Source: Eledone cirrhosa
Lineage: Eukaryota
Length of the DNA: 64,000 bases
Direction of reading: 5' to 3'
Assembly (NCBI GenBank): GCA_964016885.1
Contig: OZ024748.1
Coordinates: 25,544,001-25,608,000, forward strand
Positions 1 through 11,742 of the stretch are shown here, piece after piece. Positions within the stretch are counted from its first letter, which is position 1; every line of letters starts with the position of its first letter. Below the pieces are notes generated by a model. The model searched no databases and was not told the DNA's origin. It saw only the letters and a program-made list of their open reading frames with translations. Both the position numbers and the translations under genes were made by a program.

Positions 1-1177
1 TTTTACATGTGGCCGTGCTCTGGTGCAATAAGTAGCAGCAAGTGCCCACTAAATACTAGCTCTTTCAATTGCGCAGAGGGTTCTATAGAAATAGTGGACA
101 GCTTCCGTTACCTGGGTGACAAAATCAGCAGTGGGGGAGGGTGCTCTGAAAGTACAGTAGCTAAAGTCAGAACTGGATGGAAAAAGTTCAGAGAGCTTAT
201 ACCACTATTAGCCGCTAGAGGGTTCTCCCTAAAAATGAAAGGCAGGTTATACGATGCCTGCATACGAACAGCAATGCTGCATGGCAGTGAGACCTGGGCA
301 TTGTGTGCAGAGGATATACGCAGACTAGAGAGGAACGAAGCTTGCATGCTCCGCTGGATGTGCAATAGTAATATACGTGAACGGCTAAGCATAAACGAAC
401 TAAGGAAAAAATTAGAAATAAGAGGGATCAGATGTTGTTTACTCGAGAGAAGGCTACGTTGGTACGGTCACGTGATGCGCATGAAAGACGACAGCTGTAT
501 AACAAAGTGCAGGGCAATAAAGATAGACGGTAGCCACGGAGTAGGCAGACCCAGAAAAACCTGGGACGACATGATAAATTCCGACCTCACACGCTTACAC
601 CTCTCCAAGACAATGTCACTGGACCGAGACCTTTGGCGGTACTCAGTAATAGAGAAGACCCGCATTACCTAAATACAAAGTAAAAACCTACTACAGTCAG
701 TAGGCATCTCTATCAAAACACACCTCCGTCCCACCACCTCCACCCCATCCACACCGCCCCTTTCAATGTAAAGTTATGTTGGTCCCACAACATCCAGGCC
801 GAAACAAATGAGATCGTGTAGGTGTCACGACAAAAAAACACACAGTCCACGCTGTAAATGTGGCCGTGTAGGCAACACGGTAAAAACCTCCCAGCCCCAC
901 ACTGTAAATGTGGTTGGTGTTAGGAAGGGCATCCAGCTGTAGAAAACCCGCCAGACAGTCCACGCTGTAATGTGGCCGTGTAGGCAACACGGTAAAAACC
1001 TCCCAGCCCCACACTGTAAATGTGGTTGGTGTTAGGAAGGGCATCCAACTGTAGAAAACCCGCCAGACAGTCCTATGCGAGCAAGACAACCACTCTTGCC
1101 TCAAGTGGGAAAACCCCCGTCCAAACCCATGCAAGCGTGGAACACGGACGCTAAACCTGATGATGATGATGATGATG
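1..1177 (+). mobile_element. RTE LINE, family A, 3' portion (ORF end 7-672, long 3'UTR, (TGA)n tail)
   Basis: Motifs FRYLG, LHGSETW, RRLRWYGHVMRM and GRPRKTW. Closely matches the copy at 35863-37031. Confidence 0.92.
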
Positions 1178-1197
1178 ATATACATATATATATATAC

Positions 1198-1230
<33 letters not shown>

Positions 1231-1558
1231 GATACATATATATATACATACATATATATATATATATACATATATATACATATACATACATACATATATA
1301 TACATATATATACATACATATACATACATACATATATATACGTACATATACATACATACATATATATACATACATATACATACATACATACATATATATA
1401 CACATATACATACATATATATATATATATGTATGTATATGTATATGCCAGAATCAGTTCCCGTCCCACCCTTGCAAGCAGGGAAAAGCGGACGTAAAATG
1501 ATGATGATGATGATGATGATATATACATATACATACATATATATATACATACATATAT

Positions 1559-1597
<39 letters not shown>

Positions 1598-1771
1598 CAT
1601 ACATATATATACATATATATATACATACATATATATATACATATATATTTGCGGACAAAAAGCGCAGCTCCCTAATTCATAGTCTACAAATGGCTGCGAT
1701 AGCTGGCACCTTCAAAATTTGCAAAACATTCTTGCGATTCAAGGGATGACAATTTCTTTTCTTTTACAACC

Positions 1772-1942
1772 TTGAGAGAGAGACTGAGCATAAGAGGAAT
1801 CAAATGATGTGTGCAGGAGAGGAAGTTGTGTTGGTATGTACATGTGATGCGTATGAAGGATGACAGCTGCATAAAAAGGTGCAGAGCACTAGAAGTTGAT
1901 GGAAGCCGTGAAGTGGGGAGACCCAAGAAGACCTGGGATGTG
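1772..1942 (+). mobile_element. Decayed RTE fragment
   Basis: Encodes degenerate WY.HVMRMKDDSC...GRPKKTWD. Confidence 0.75.
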
Positions 1943-2047
1943 TAAACAATGTTGAACAATATATATATAAATGTTAACAACATTGTAATGTTGGACAAAA
2001 GTATATATATATATATGTTAACAATGATACAACATTGAACAGAAGTA

Positions 2048-2440
2048 TATACAAGAGCAAGTCAAAGATTATATGCACTTTCGCCATGACATATCTTTAG
2101 GTTTGTCGCACTGCTTTCTGCTGTGTGCTTATATTTGGTACTATTGGTCACGTGATCGAAGCTTTAGCTTGATTGCACCAGTTTTCTTGCTGCTGTTACA
2201 CACCTTTCGACTAGAGAAATCAGATCACTGCTCTTTGTTCACCCTTGGTGCTCACTGCTAGCAGAGCGACCATATTTTCACTGTAACAGTAGCAAGAAAA
2301 CTGGCACAATCAAGCTCAAACTTCGATCATGTGACCATAATAGTACGAACTATAAGCATGCATGAGCAGAAGGGAGTGTGACAAACCTAAAGATATGTTA
2401 TGGCAAAAGTGCAGATAATTTTTTACTTACCCTTGTATGT
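2048..2440. mobile_element. Tc1/mariner-type MITE with long imperfect terminal inverted repeats
   Basis: Ends TACAAGAGCAAGTCAAAGATTATATGCACTTT and AAAGTGCAGATAATTTTTTACTTACCCTTGTA, about 160-bp arms, TA flanks. Confidence 0.75.
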
Positions 2441-2460
2441 ATAAGAATATATATATATAT

Positions 2461-2851
2461 GCCTTTGTCAAGGCAGAATTCTAGGAGAAGGAAAACTCTG
2501 ATATAACACCTGCAACCCTCATGGTATCCAATGATGTTGACTTGTTCTTCTTTTTGGTAAATATCACCTTGGTTAAGAGAGTGGGACTGGCTTTGTGCAG
2601 TGCCTTTGCTCACTATAAAAGCTTCACGGCACAGGCATTGCTTTATATCTGGAGATCTCTCTGCACTTGTCATCACATGGTACCATGGGCCCAGCACTAT
2701 GTGTCAGTAATTGTCACAAGTGTAGTGTTTGTACCAGAGTTTTCAAGTTGCTGGCTGGACTAAAAATCCACACTCGTTCAGCGCATCGGTAGGAGTTCTC
2801 CTACATGGATATAAAGTAGTGGCCGTACTCGAAAACGAGTTGGCAGCCACC
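2461..2851 (+). mobile_element. Non-coding (TA)n-flanked element, 5'-truncated copy of 46472-47079
   Basis: High identity to 46689-47079, with TA tracts on both sides. Confidence 0.8.
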
Positions 2852-2883
<32 letters not shown>

Positions 2884-2920
2884 TAATAATACAACATTGA
2901 TACTGGAATTATATATATAT

Positions 2921-4976
2921 AACTGGAATTTCTTAGGTGATAACTTACTGCAAGCTATGTGGCTGGAGCAGAGCTCCGACCAGACAGAGGGTGATCTGGT
3001 GGTGGAACAGCACAGTAGATAGGGCCATTAGAGACAAAAGACTAGCATGGAAGGATTGGAAAAATGGTGGGAGTAGAGACCGTTACACATCCGCTAAAAG
3101 AGAAGCTAGATATCAGGTGTACTTAGCATGCCAATGTTCTGCGATGAGAAGATGTTGTTGGAGATAAGTGTGTCTGAAATGATGCAGGTGTACTTAGTGT
3201 CACTGATGCTCAGAAAAAGGACGCCTGGAAATGTCATTATTAGAGACTGATGAATGTTGAGAATGGAGAGAGAGAAACTACCCCCAGTAGACCCGGCAGA
3301 GGGACCAGCTGTTGAGATTGACGACTATTGGGTCCAAGAAGCAATTAAGGAAATGAAAAGTGGTAAGGCTCCTGGACCATAGGGAATAGTTGCTGAGATG
3401 CTGAAAGCATCAGGATAAGTAGGAACTAAACTGGTTGCACGCATCATCAACTAAGCTATATATGGCGGAGTCATACCCAAAGACTGGTGCAGCAGTATCC
3501 TTATAAATTGCTACAAAAGTAAAGGGGATACTCTGGAGAGGAGCAATTATAGGTGCATAAAACTGATGGATCAGGTTATGAAAGTGGCAGAAAGGATATT
3601 AGCACAACTAATTAGAGAAACCGTCAAATTATATGAGATGCAGTTTGGTTTTGTGCCTTGGAAAAGTACAAAAGATGCCCTCTTCTTATTGAGACAACTA
3701 CAAGAGATTCTTAGAGAAGAATAAGCCACTATACTTAGCTTTTGTTGACCTAGAGAAGGTCTTTGATAGAGTAACCCGATCTGTCATCTGGTAGTCCCTG
3801 AGGAAACTAGGTGTAGAGGAATGGCTTATGCAAGCTATTTACAGGGGTGCTGTCAGTAAAGTCAGGGTAGGAATGGAGTTTAGTGAGGAATTCCAGATAC
3901 AAGTAGGAGTACATCAGAGTTCGGTCCTAAGCCCGCTCTTGTTCATTTTGGTCCTCCAAGCCAGTTTAAGTCTGGCTGCCCATGGGAACTTCTCTATGCT
4001 GACGATCTGGTACTTATAGCAGAATCAGTAGAGGAGCTTCAGAATAAATTCTGGTTATGGAAACATCAGCTGGAATCAAGAAGACTGAGAGTAAACCTAG
4101 CTAAGACAAAGGTGTTGATAAGTAGCAAAGAGAAGAAAACTCTGATTCCATCAGGGAAATGGCCATATTCAATATGTAGAAAAGGAGTTGGCATAAATTC
4201 TATAAAATGTACACAATGCAGATCTTGGGTACACAAGAGATGTAGTGGAATAGCAGGCAAGCTAACAGGTAGGGAAAACTATATATGCAGTAGATGTATA
4301 GGGAAATTTGACAGTAGAAGTCGCAGTGATAGACACATTTTTCAAATGCAGGTAGGACCTATAGAGGTGGTTGATAGCTTCCAATACCTAGGTGATCAGA
4401 TTATTAAGGGAGGAGGGTGCTCCGATGCCAAAGTATCCAAAATAAGGACAGGTTGGAAAAAGTTTAGGGAGTTGCTTCCTTTGTTGACAAAGAAAGGTTT
4501 CTCCCTACAAACGAAAGGCCGGTTATATGATGCCTGTGTGAGATGTGCGATGCTGCATGGTAGTGAGACATGGGCAGCAACTGTGGAAGATATGCGACGG
4601 CTGGAGAGAAATGAAGCAAGCATGCTCCGTTGGATCTGCAATGTCAATGTGTGTGAACGACCAAACATAGACGAGTTGAGAGAGAAACTGTGTATAAGAG
4701 GGATAGGCTGTAGTGTGCAGGAGAGAAGACTGCATTGGTATGGACATGCGATACGCATGGAGGATGACTGCTGGGTAAAGAAGTGCCAAGAAATCCCAGT
4801 AGAAGGAAGACGCAGTAGAAGAAGACCATGAAAAACATGGTCGGAGGTGGTGAGAGTAGACCTCAGATCGCTGAAGTTCACGGAGGAGATGACAATGGAG
4901 AGATGCCGTGCTTAATAAGACCCGTCCCACCCTTGCAAGCAGGGAAAAGCGGACGTAAAATGATGATGATGATGAT
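2921..4976 (+). mobile_element. RTE LINE, family B, 5'-truncated and pseudogenised (RT domain to tail)
   Basis: KSGKAPGP, QFGF, AFVDLEK.FD and LYADDL (about 3992), then a Cys-rich insert. Contains stops and frameshifts, ends in a (TGA)n tail. Confidence 0.92.
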
Positions 4977-5447
4977 ATATATAAATATAGACAATGATGT
5001 AATGATGAACAACAGTATATATATGTATATATATATATGTTAACAGCAATGCAACTTTGAAAAGAATAGGCTTTAATTACTGGTTACAAAGAAACATTTT
5101 CTATATACAACTGACATTATAAGACCATTTTCCCTGCTTTAGGAGAGAAATGGCCTCGAGTCATCATGACAACTTCATACTCATGATGGAGTCCTTTTTG
5201 AGACAATGTTTTATGACACACAGGAATACAGTGTACCTATTAATACATCATCATATATGAATAGGTACACCATATTCCTGTGTCATAAGATGTGACTAAA
5301 GGTGTTGGTGCCAGGAAGGACAACCAGTTGTAAAAGACTGCTTCAAAAAGGACCCTATGATAAAAGTGAAGCTTGCTCTGGGGCCCACAATGTCAACTCT
5401 AATATAAATTAAAAAACATATATACTAAAAAAAAAAGTAAAACTTAC

Positions 5448-5651
5448 TCAGTTTGTAGTTTAGTTGATGTGCGACCAAAATGATCAAATTCAATATGAAA
5501 CCATTTATAAATTTCTTCATGGATTACATTATATTTATCACAAATCTGTCGTGGGGTGAGTCCTTCCTCCATTGCTTTTGTTTCTGTTGCTGTACCATAT
5601 TCATCAGTTCCACAGATGTAGAGACAGTTGTAGTTACGTAGTTGACAATAT
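5448..5651 (-). CDS. MARS1: MARS1 exon 10 ([30 protein letters not shown]...FDHFGRTST)
   Basis: Diagnostic [14 protein letters not shown] and FD.FGRT motifs, gtaagt donor. The gene continues beyond position 1. Confidence 0.97.
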
Positions 5652-5777
5652 CTGACAATAAAATAGAGAGACAGTTATAGTTATGTAGTTGACAATATCT
5701 GGTAATAAAATATTAAACTAAATTTACAGCTTTTTTCAAAATTTCAAAGTTCTTCACAAACAGCTTAAGTTACAGCT

Positions 5778-6255
5778 TTAACCTTCTTGTTACTGTATTT
5801 CTAATGAAAGACACTACCTTTGTGTATCAATTAATTTTGAAAATTTGAAGAATTTATGAGATAACTAACATTAGTAAATTGATGTTTGAAACATTACTTA
5901 TAAAAAATTACTTAAATAAAATTATGATGGCTGGTTTTAATATAAGTATGAACATTTAAAATTAACATTTTAGTATCATAAAATCAAGGCAGTTTCAGTG
6001 GGTTGGTATCAAAAAGGTTAAACTACAGCTTTAACCATTTCCTTACCATATTTCTAATGAAAGACATTGCCTATAATTTTCAAATTATTTTGAAAATAAC
6101 AAGAATTTGGATGGATTTAGAAATATAACTAACTTTATCATATTTAAGCTGTTATTTGGAACATTACTTAACAATGATTCTTACAAGAAATGGCAGGTTT
6201 TTAGATAAATATAAAACCTAAAAACTGACAGTTTTTGTATCATTTGGTATCTAAC
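5778..6255. mobile_element. Tandem piggyBac-like (TTAA) MITEs; related copies at about 23990-24132, 39255-39550, 42043-42272 and 42520-42752
   Basis: Ends TTAACC...TTGGTATCAAAA(A/G)GGTTAA. Recurring internal motif TATTTCTAATGAAA. Confidence 0.6.
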
Positions 6256-6457
6256 TTATTTATATGTAAGGGCTAATTTTTTTTTAACTTGCAAAACACT
6301 TATAAATATGAATACACACAAATATATATATATCTTTGAAAACCAAACAAACATTTAGTCAACTTTTACTAGTTAAATAGATAAAGATTACATTAATTAG
6401 TGAAATACATACAGGTTTGAAAGTAGTAAATGTCTGTCTAATTAGTGTGGAGATTAC

Positions 6458-6574
6458 CTTGAGAAAATATCTGCACTGAGAGTTGATCCAATAATATTAC
6501 CCAGGTGAGGTACATTGTTCACATAAGGTAATGCACTTGTAATGAGAATGTTGCGTGCACCTGGTTGAGGTAAA
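6458..6574 (-). CDS. MARS1: MARS1 exon 9 ([39 protein letters not shown])
   Basis: Diagnostic MetRS motif [16 protein letters not shown] (class I HIGH motif). Canonical splice sites. Confidence 0.97.
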
Positions 6575-6679
6575 CTGCAACAATAATATCAATCAATTAA
6601 CAAAACACAGTTAACATCAAATACTTTATTCTGATTATCATATGAACTACTTTGTCATAAATAACAGAGGTATAAATAT

Positions 6680-6868
6680 AATTGTTTCTACTTTTGTCAC
6701 AAGGCCAGCAATTAATTACCCAGTGTATTACTGGTACTTTATTTTATCAACCCCATAAGGATGAAAGGCAAAGTTAACCTCGGTGGGATTTGAACTCAGA
6801 ATGGCAAGGGCCGTAACTCTATGCGTCAAAGCATGGCGTCCGATCCTCTACCGATACTGCCAATCCAC
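6680..6868 (-). mobile_element. tRNA-derived SINE with Meta/Sauria-type core, 11-bp TSD
   Basis: Minus strand has B box GAGTTCAAATCCC, core TTTGCCTTTCATCCTTATGGGGTTGATAAAATAAAGTACC and a short AT-rich tail. TSD ATAAATATAAT at 6672 and 6869. Confidence 0.8.
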
Positions 6869-7521
6869 ATAAATATAATCTATGCCAAACATAATGACAA
6901 TGATAGTGTTGAATTTGTCAAAGTTTGAAATTCTAGTTAAAAAAAATGTAATTAATATTACATGTATTTATAATAGAGATCAATGATTGAAAGACTTTGA
7001 TTACTTGATAAATCATTAAAATATTTGGTTTCTAAGGAAAGCCAGGTATATGAACATCTGTTTCTATTATTAAATATCATCATTGTTTTTTACTGCTTTC
7101 CATACTGACATGGGTTGGATGGGTTGTCAAAGTTCGAGAACAGACAGGTTGGAGTGATATCATATCACCCGTAAGCTCCATTATTTGGCATGGTTTATCG
7201 CAATTAAATGCACCCAATCCACTCTGTAAAATGGTAGTGCTGGTATTATGAAAAACACACCCAGTACACCCTATAAGACACAGAAACCTTACCAAATATA
7301 GAACATAATCAGTAAGATTAATTGCTCCAACCCATTTGGTCTCAGACTGTAACAACCCTTCCTGATTGTGAAAAGCAGATGTATGATGATGATGATTGCT
7401 ATGAAAAGACATTCGCACAACTATTACTAAGATGTTGTTCCTATGAACAAGACTATTTTATTTTCGTTAGTTCCAAATTACTGACTATATGGCTTATACA
7501 GATCCATAAGAGCAAGGCATA

Positions 7522-8752
7522 GTCTCTTGACCTGACTTGGTCTCCTGACCTGACTTGGTCTCTTAACCTGACTTGGTCTCCTGACCTGACTTGGTCTCCT
7601 GACCTGACATGGTCTCCTGACCTGACTTGGTCTCCTGACCTGACATGGTCTCCTGACCTGACTTGGTCTCTTAACCTGACTTGGTCTCCTGACCTGACTT
7701 GGTCTCCTGACCTGACATGGTCTCCTGACCTGACTTGGTCTCCTGACCTGACATGGTCTCCTGACCTGACTTGGTCTCCTGACCTGACTTGGTCTCCTGA
7801 CCTGACATGGTCTCCTGACCTGACTTGGTCTCCTGACCTGACTTGGTCTCCTGACCTGACTTGGTCTCTTAACCTGACTTGGTCTCTTGACCTGACTTGG
7901 TCTCTTGACCTGACTTGGTCTCCTGACTTGGTCTCCTGACCTGACTTGGTCTCCTGACCTGACTTGGTCTCCTGACCTGACTTGGTCTCCTGACCTGACT
8001 TGGTCTCTTGACCTGACTTGGCCTCCTGACCTGACTTGGTCTCTTGACCTGACTTGGCCTCCTGACCTGACTTGGTCTCTTGACCTGACTTGGCCTCCTG
8101 ACCTGACATGGTCTCTTGACCTGACATGGTCTCTTGACCTGACTTGGTCTCTTGACCTGACTTGGCCTCCTGACCTGACATGGTCTCTTGACCTGACATG
8201 GTCTCTTGACCTGACATGGTCTCCTGACCTGACATGGTCTCCTGACCTGACTTGGTCTCCTGACCTGACTTGGTCTCTTGACCTGACTTGGCCTCCTGAC
8301 CTGACATGGTCTCTTGACCTGACATGGTCTCTTGACCTGACTTGGTCTCCTGACTTGGTCTCCTGACCTGACTTGGTCTCCTGACCTGACTTGGTCTCCT
8401 GACCTGACTTGGTCTCCTGACCTGACTTGGTCTCTTGACCTGACTTGGCCTCCTGACCTGACTTGGTCTCTTGACCTGACTTGGCCTCCTGACCTGACAT
8501 GGTCTCTTGACCTGACATGGTCTCTTGACCTGACTTGGTCTCTTGACCTGACTTGGCCTCCTGACCTGACATGGTCTCTTGACCTGACATGGTCTCTTGA
8601 CCTGACATGGTCTCCTGACCTGACATGGTCTCCTGACCTGACTTGGTCTCCTGACCTGACTTGGTCTCTTGACCTGACTTGGCCTCCTGACCTGACATGG
8701 TCTCTTGACCTGACATGGTCTCTTGACCTGACATGGTCTCTTGACCTGACAT
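7522..8752. repeat. 18-bp minisatellite (GTCTCYTGACCTGACWTG), about 68 units, in MARS1 intron 8
   Basis: Read directly from the sequence. Two units are shortened to 13 bp. Confidence 0.97.
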
Positions 8753-9450
8753 GGGGTGACACCATGGGGTCCAGTCTCACTGTGTGACACCATGAGTATG
8801 TGTCTTCTAATATAGCCCTGGGCTAACAAATTCCTTGTGAGTGAATTTGGTTGATGGAAACTCTAAGGAAGCCTGTCATGTGTGTGTGTGTACATGTGAA
8901 TGTATGTGTGTGTTGTCAGTCACTATGAAACCTCCTATTGTGTGTGTGTGTGTGTAAATGTGTGTTTGTACATGTGTGTGTGTGTACATGTGTGTGTGTG
9001 TGTTGTCAGTCACTATCAAACCCCCTATTGTGTGTGTGTGTGTGTGTGCGTGTGTGTGTGTGTGTAAATGTGTGTTTGTACATGTGAGTGTGTGTACATG
9101 TGTGTGTGTGTGTGTGCGTGATGTCAGTCACTATCAAACCTCCTATTGACACCATGTGTGTGTGTGTCTGTGTACATGTGTGTATGCATGTTTTCCGTCA
9201 CATGTGTGTATGTATGTTGTCATCATGTGTTGCAGTGTTAGTGACATACACCATACTTAAAATATAAGGTATAGATTAGTACCAGGAAGGAAATCTAGCC
9301 ATAGAAAACCTGCTGCAAAAAACTCATCCCAACCTATCTAAGCATAGAAAAAGTTAGACGTAAAATGAAGTTATATGATAAAGTCCTTAACAAAGAACAC
9401 AAGATCTACATGATATACAGACAGGAAATATAAATCAAAACTATCCTCAC

Positions 9451-9554
9451 ATGGGATGTTCTCTTTTAAGTATTTTAGCAGTAAATGGAAGTTTCCATGC
9501 AGTCACAGCTTTGGAAATCTCATTGCTGTCCACCAATACTACACTGGCTGTTTC
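9451..9554 (-). CDS. MARS1: MARS1 exon 8 (ETASVVLVDSNEISKAVTAWKLP...REHPI)
   Basis: AG/GT bounded, phase 0 to 2, joins exon 9 in frame. Confidence 0.88.
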
Positions 9555-9607
9555 CTGAAAATAATTGATTATATAAGTTTAGATAGAAGCAATTAAATAA
9601 AGGTTGA

Positions 9608-9946
9608 ATCATCATCATTTCATCATTTCATTTTACGTCCGCTTTTTCCCTGCTTGCAAGGGTGGGACGGGAACTGATTCTGGCTTGATTTCTACAGCTG
9701 GATGCCCTTCCTAACACCAACCTCATTTACAGTGAGTGCTGGGTGCTTTTTTGCCATGGCACCTCCACGACCACTTTGCATTGGTTATCAGTTCCTATCA
9801 TCTCATTTCTACAGCTGAGTAAACTGGAGCAATGTGAAATAAAGTGCCTTGCTCAAGGAAACAACACATCACCCGGTCTGAGAATTGAACTCACAACCTT
9901 TCGATTGCAAGGCCAATGCTCTAACCACTAAGCCATATGCCTCCAT
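9608..9946 (-). mobile_element. tRNA-derived SINE with RTE-B tail; plus-strand copies at 33290-33620 and 50690-51013
   Basis: A box TGGCTTAGTGG and B box GAGTTCAATTC. The 3' end nearly matches the RTE tail at 4921-4976. Confidence 0.88.
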
Positions 9947-10916
9947 ATAATATATTGATCATTTATTTGATGAAGATGTAAACATGTCACTAATCATGCT
10001 TTGAAAAGCATTCATCCCTCTCTCTCTTTATATATATCCATTGAGCTTTTCTACTGAGAAACATAATTATCATACATATATATATATGTTATGATACCCG
10101 TACTTAGTACGGGTATCATAACATATATATATATGTATCTACTCCAAATTCTTTGTTGAGCTGCTTATACTATCTAGTACTTTGCACCTCTTTCTAGCAG
10201 ATACAACATCCAGTCATATTCATATCTGCTGCCACAATCAAAACGTTCTTCACACCACGAGGTTATAGTTTTGACTAATTTTTGGGAACTTATCCAAAGA
10301 CGATTTCCTCTGATGATTAGTTTCATGTCTTCCTTGGCTTTACCAAAATCGATAGTTGGTAATCGATAATCAATTACTTGCATTGATTTTTGCCTGGTCT
10401 AAAAACTATGAAACAAGACCATAAGGAATATGAGAAATTTTCCAACTTAATGTACTTTTTCCTAAATATGCTTAATATGTGTACAAAATACTGTTTTCTC
10501 TAACAAATTACAGATTTATATATTGATATATATAATATAGAAATGGCTTCTACAGGACTATAACTGTTTCATTCAAAGGAAATCATCAGGAAAACCTGGG
10601 CTTTCCTGGTGATTTCCTTCAAATGAAACAGCTCTAGTCCTGTCAAAATCAATTCTGCCAAAATCAATTCTGTAAGAGCAAGACATAGTCGCCTGACCTA
10701 GCATTGCTCACAACAGGACAACCCGTCTAACCAATGCCAGCGTGGAACAATGGACGTCAAACAGTGATGATGAGGATGATGATCCTGCCATAGAAACCAA
10801 GACAAAATTAGATCTGGCTTATCTCACAATGGGACAACTCATCAAATCCATGCTAACATTGAAAAATGGACATTAAATGATGATAATGATGATGATACCA
10901 CACACATATTTCTCAC

Positions 10917-11078
10917 CTGTTTTTCAGTTTCAGTTTTAGGCTTTGCTGGTGACTTCGATGCCTGGGATTTCGCTTTCTGGATCTTTAAAATGTCTCCCTT
11001 TGGCTTTGATTCACATTTACTGTCACATAGAGTGGTTGATTTAGATTTCTGCTTACTCGGACACTCAGATTCCTTCAA
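10917..11078 (-). CDS. MARS1: MARS1 exon 7, Lys/Ser-rich linker (LKESECPSKQKSK...TETEKQ)
   Basis: 162 nt, phase 0/0, tag acceptor and gtgaga donor, no stop codons. Confidence 0.75.
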
Positions 11079-11742
11079 CTACAGTCAAATAAAGTTTATA
11101 TTCACTATAACTATTAACATCCTGTAATGGTTCTTTTAGCAGAACATATACCTAAAAACAGGTTTGTCCATTCAAATGTATATAGTATTGTTAACTGTGG
11201 GCAAGTTGTGAAAATTTGCAGTAAACTAAATATTTCAATTCTTAATGTCTTACTAATTTGGTTTTATGTGGTTTGTTAAATCAAATGTTTATAGTTTTTG
11301 AGTAGTTTTATATGAAAAGAGTTAATCAGACAATTTACCATTTCTGAAACAGTGACCCAGTGATCTCACATAAAACATCATGCAACAAGTTACTATATGG
11401 GATACAATGGCTATAGAGTTAATGTGCTGATCTATTGAACATAAAGTTTCAAGTTCAAGTTCTAAAAACGGAACAAGCATTTTAACACTTTTCTGACTTT
11501 ATTTCTAATGAAATGCATTTTATTTAATTAATAATGAAGTATTTTGTAGGGATTTACTAAAATTATTGATTATTTTATAATAAAAATAATAATCTAACAT
11601 ATTGTTCTCATATAAACCGATGTTGGAAGATCTTAATCTATAATATAATATAATTGTTTCTACAATAGGCACAAGGCCAGCAATTATCCCAGTGTATTAC
11701 TGGTACTTTATTTTATCGACCCCCGTTAGGATGAAAGGCAAA

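Noticed and set aside
7453-8829. Three overlapping 300-460 aa repetitive ORFs (QVRRPS / SGQETK / SGDQVR)
   Set aside because: They come from an 18-bp minisatellite in a MARS1 intron. All frames are open because of unit composition, and 5-bp deletions swap frames.
10174-10383. 69-aa minus-strand ORF in MARS1 intron 7
   Set aside because: Not needed for the MARS1 frame, ends in a stop, and no recognisable family. Possibly a TE remnant.
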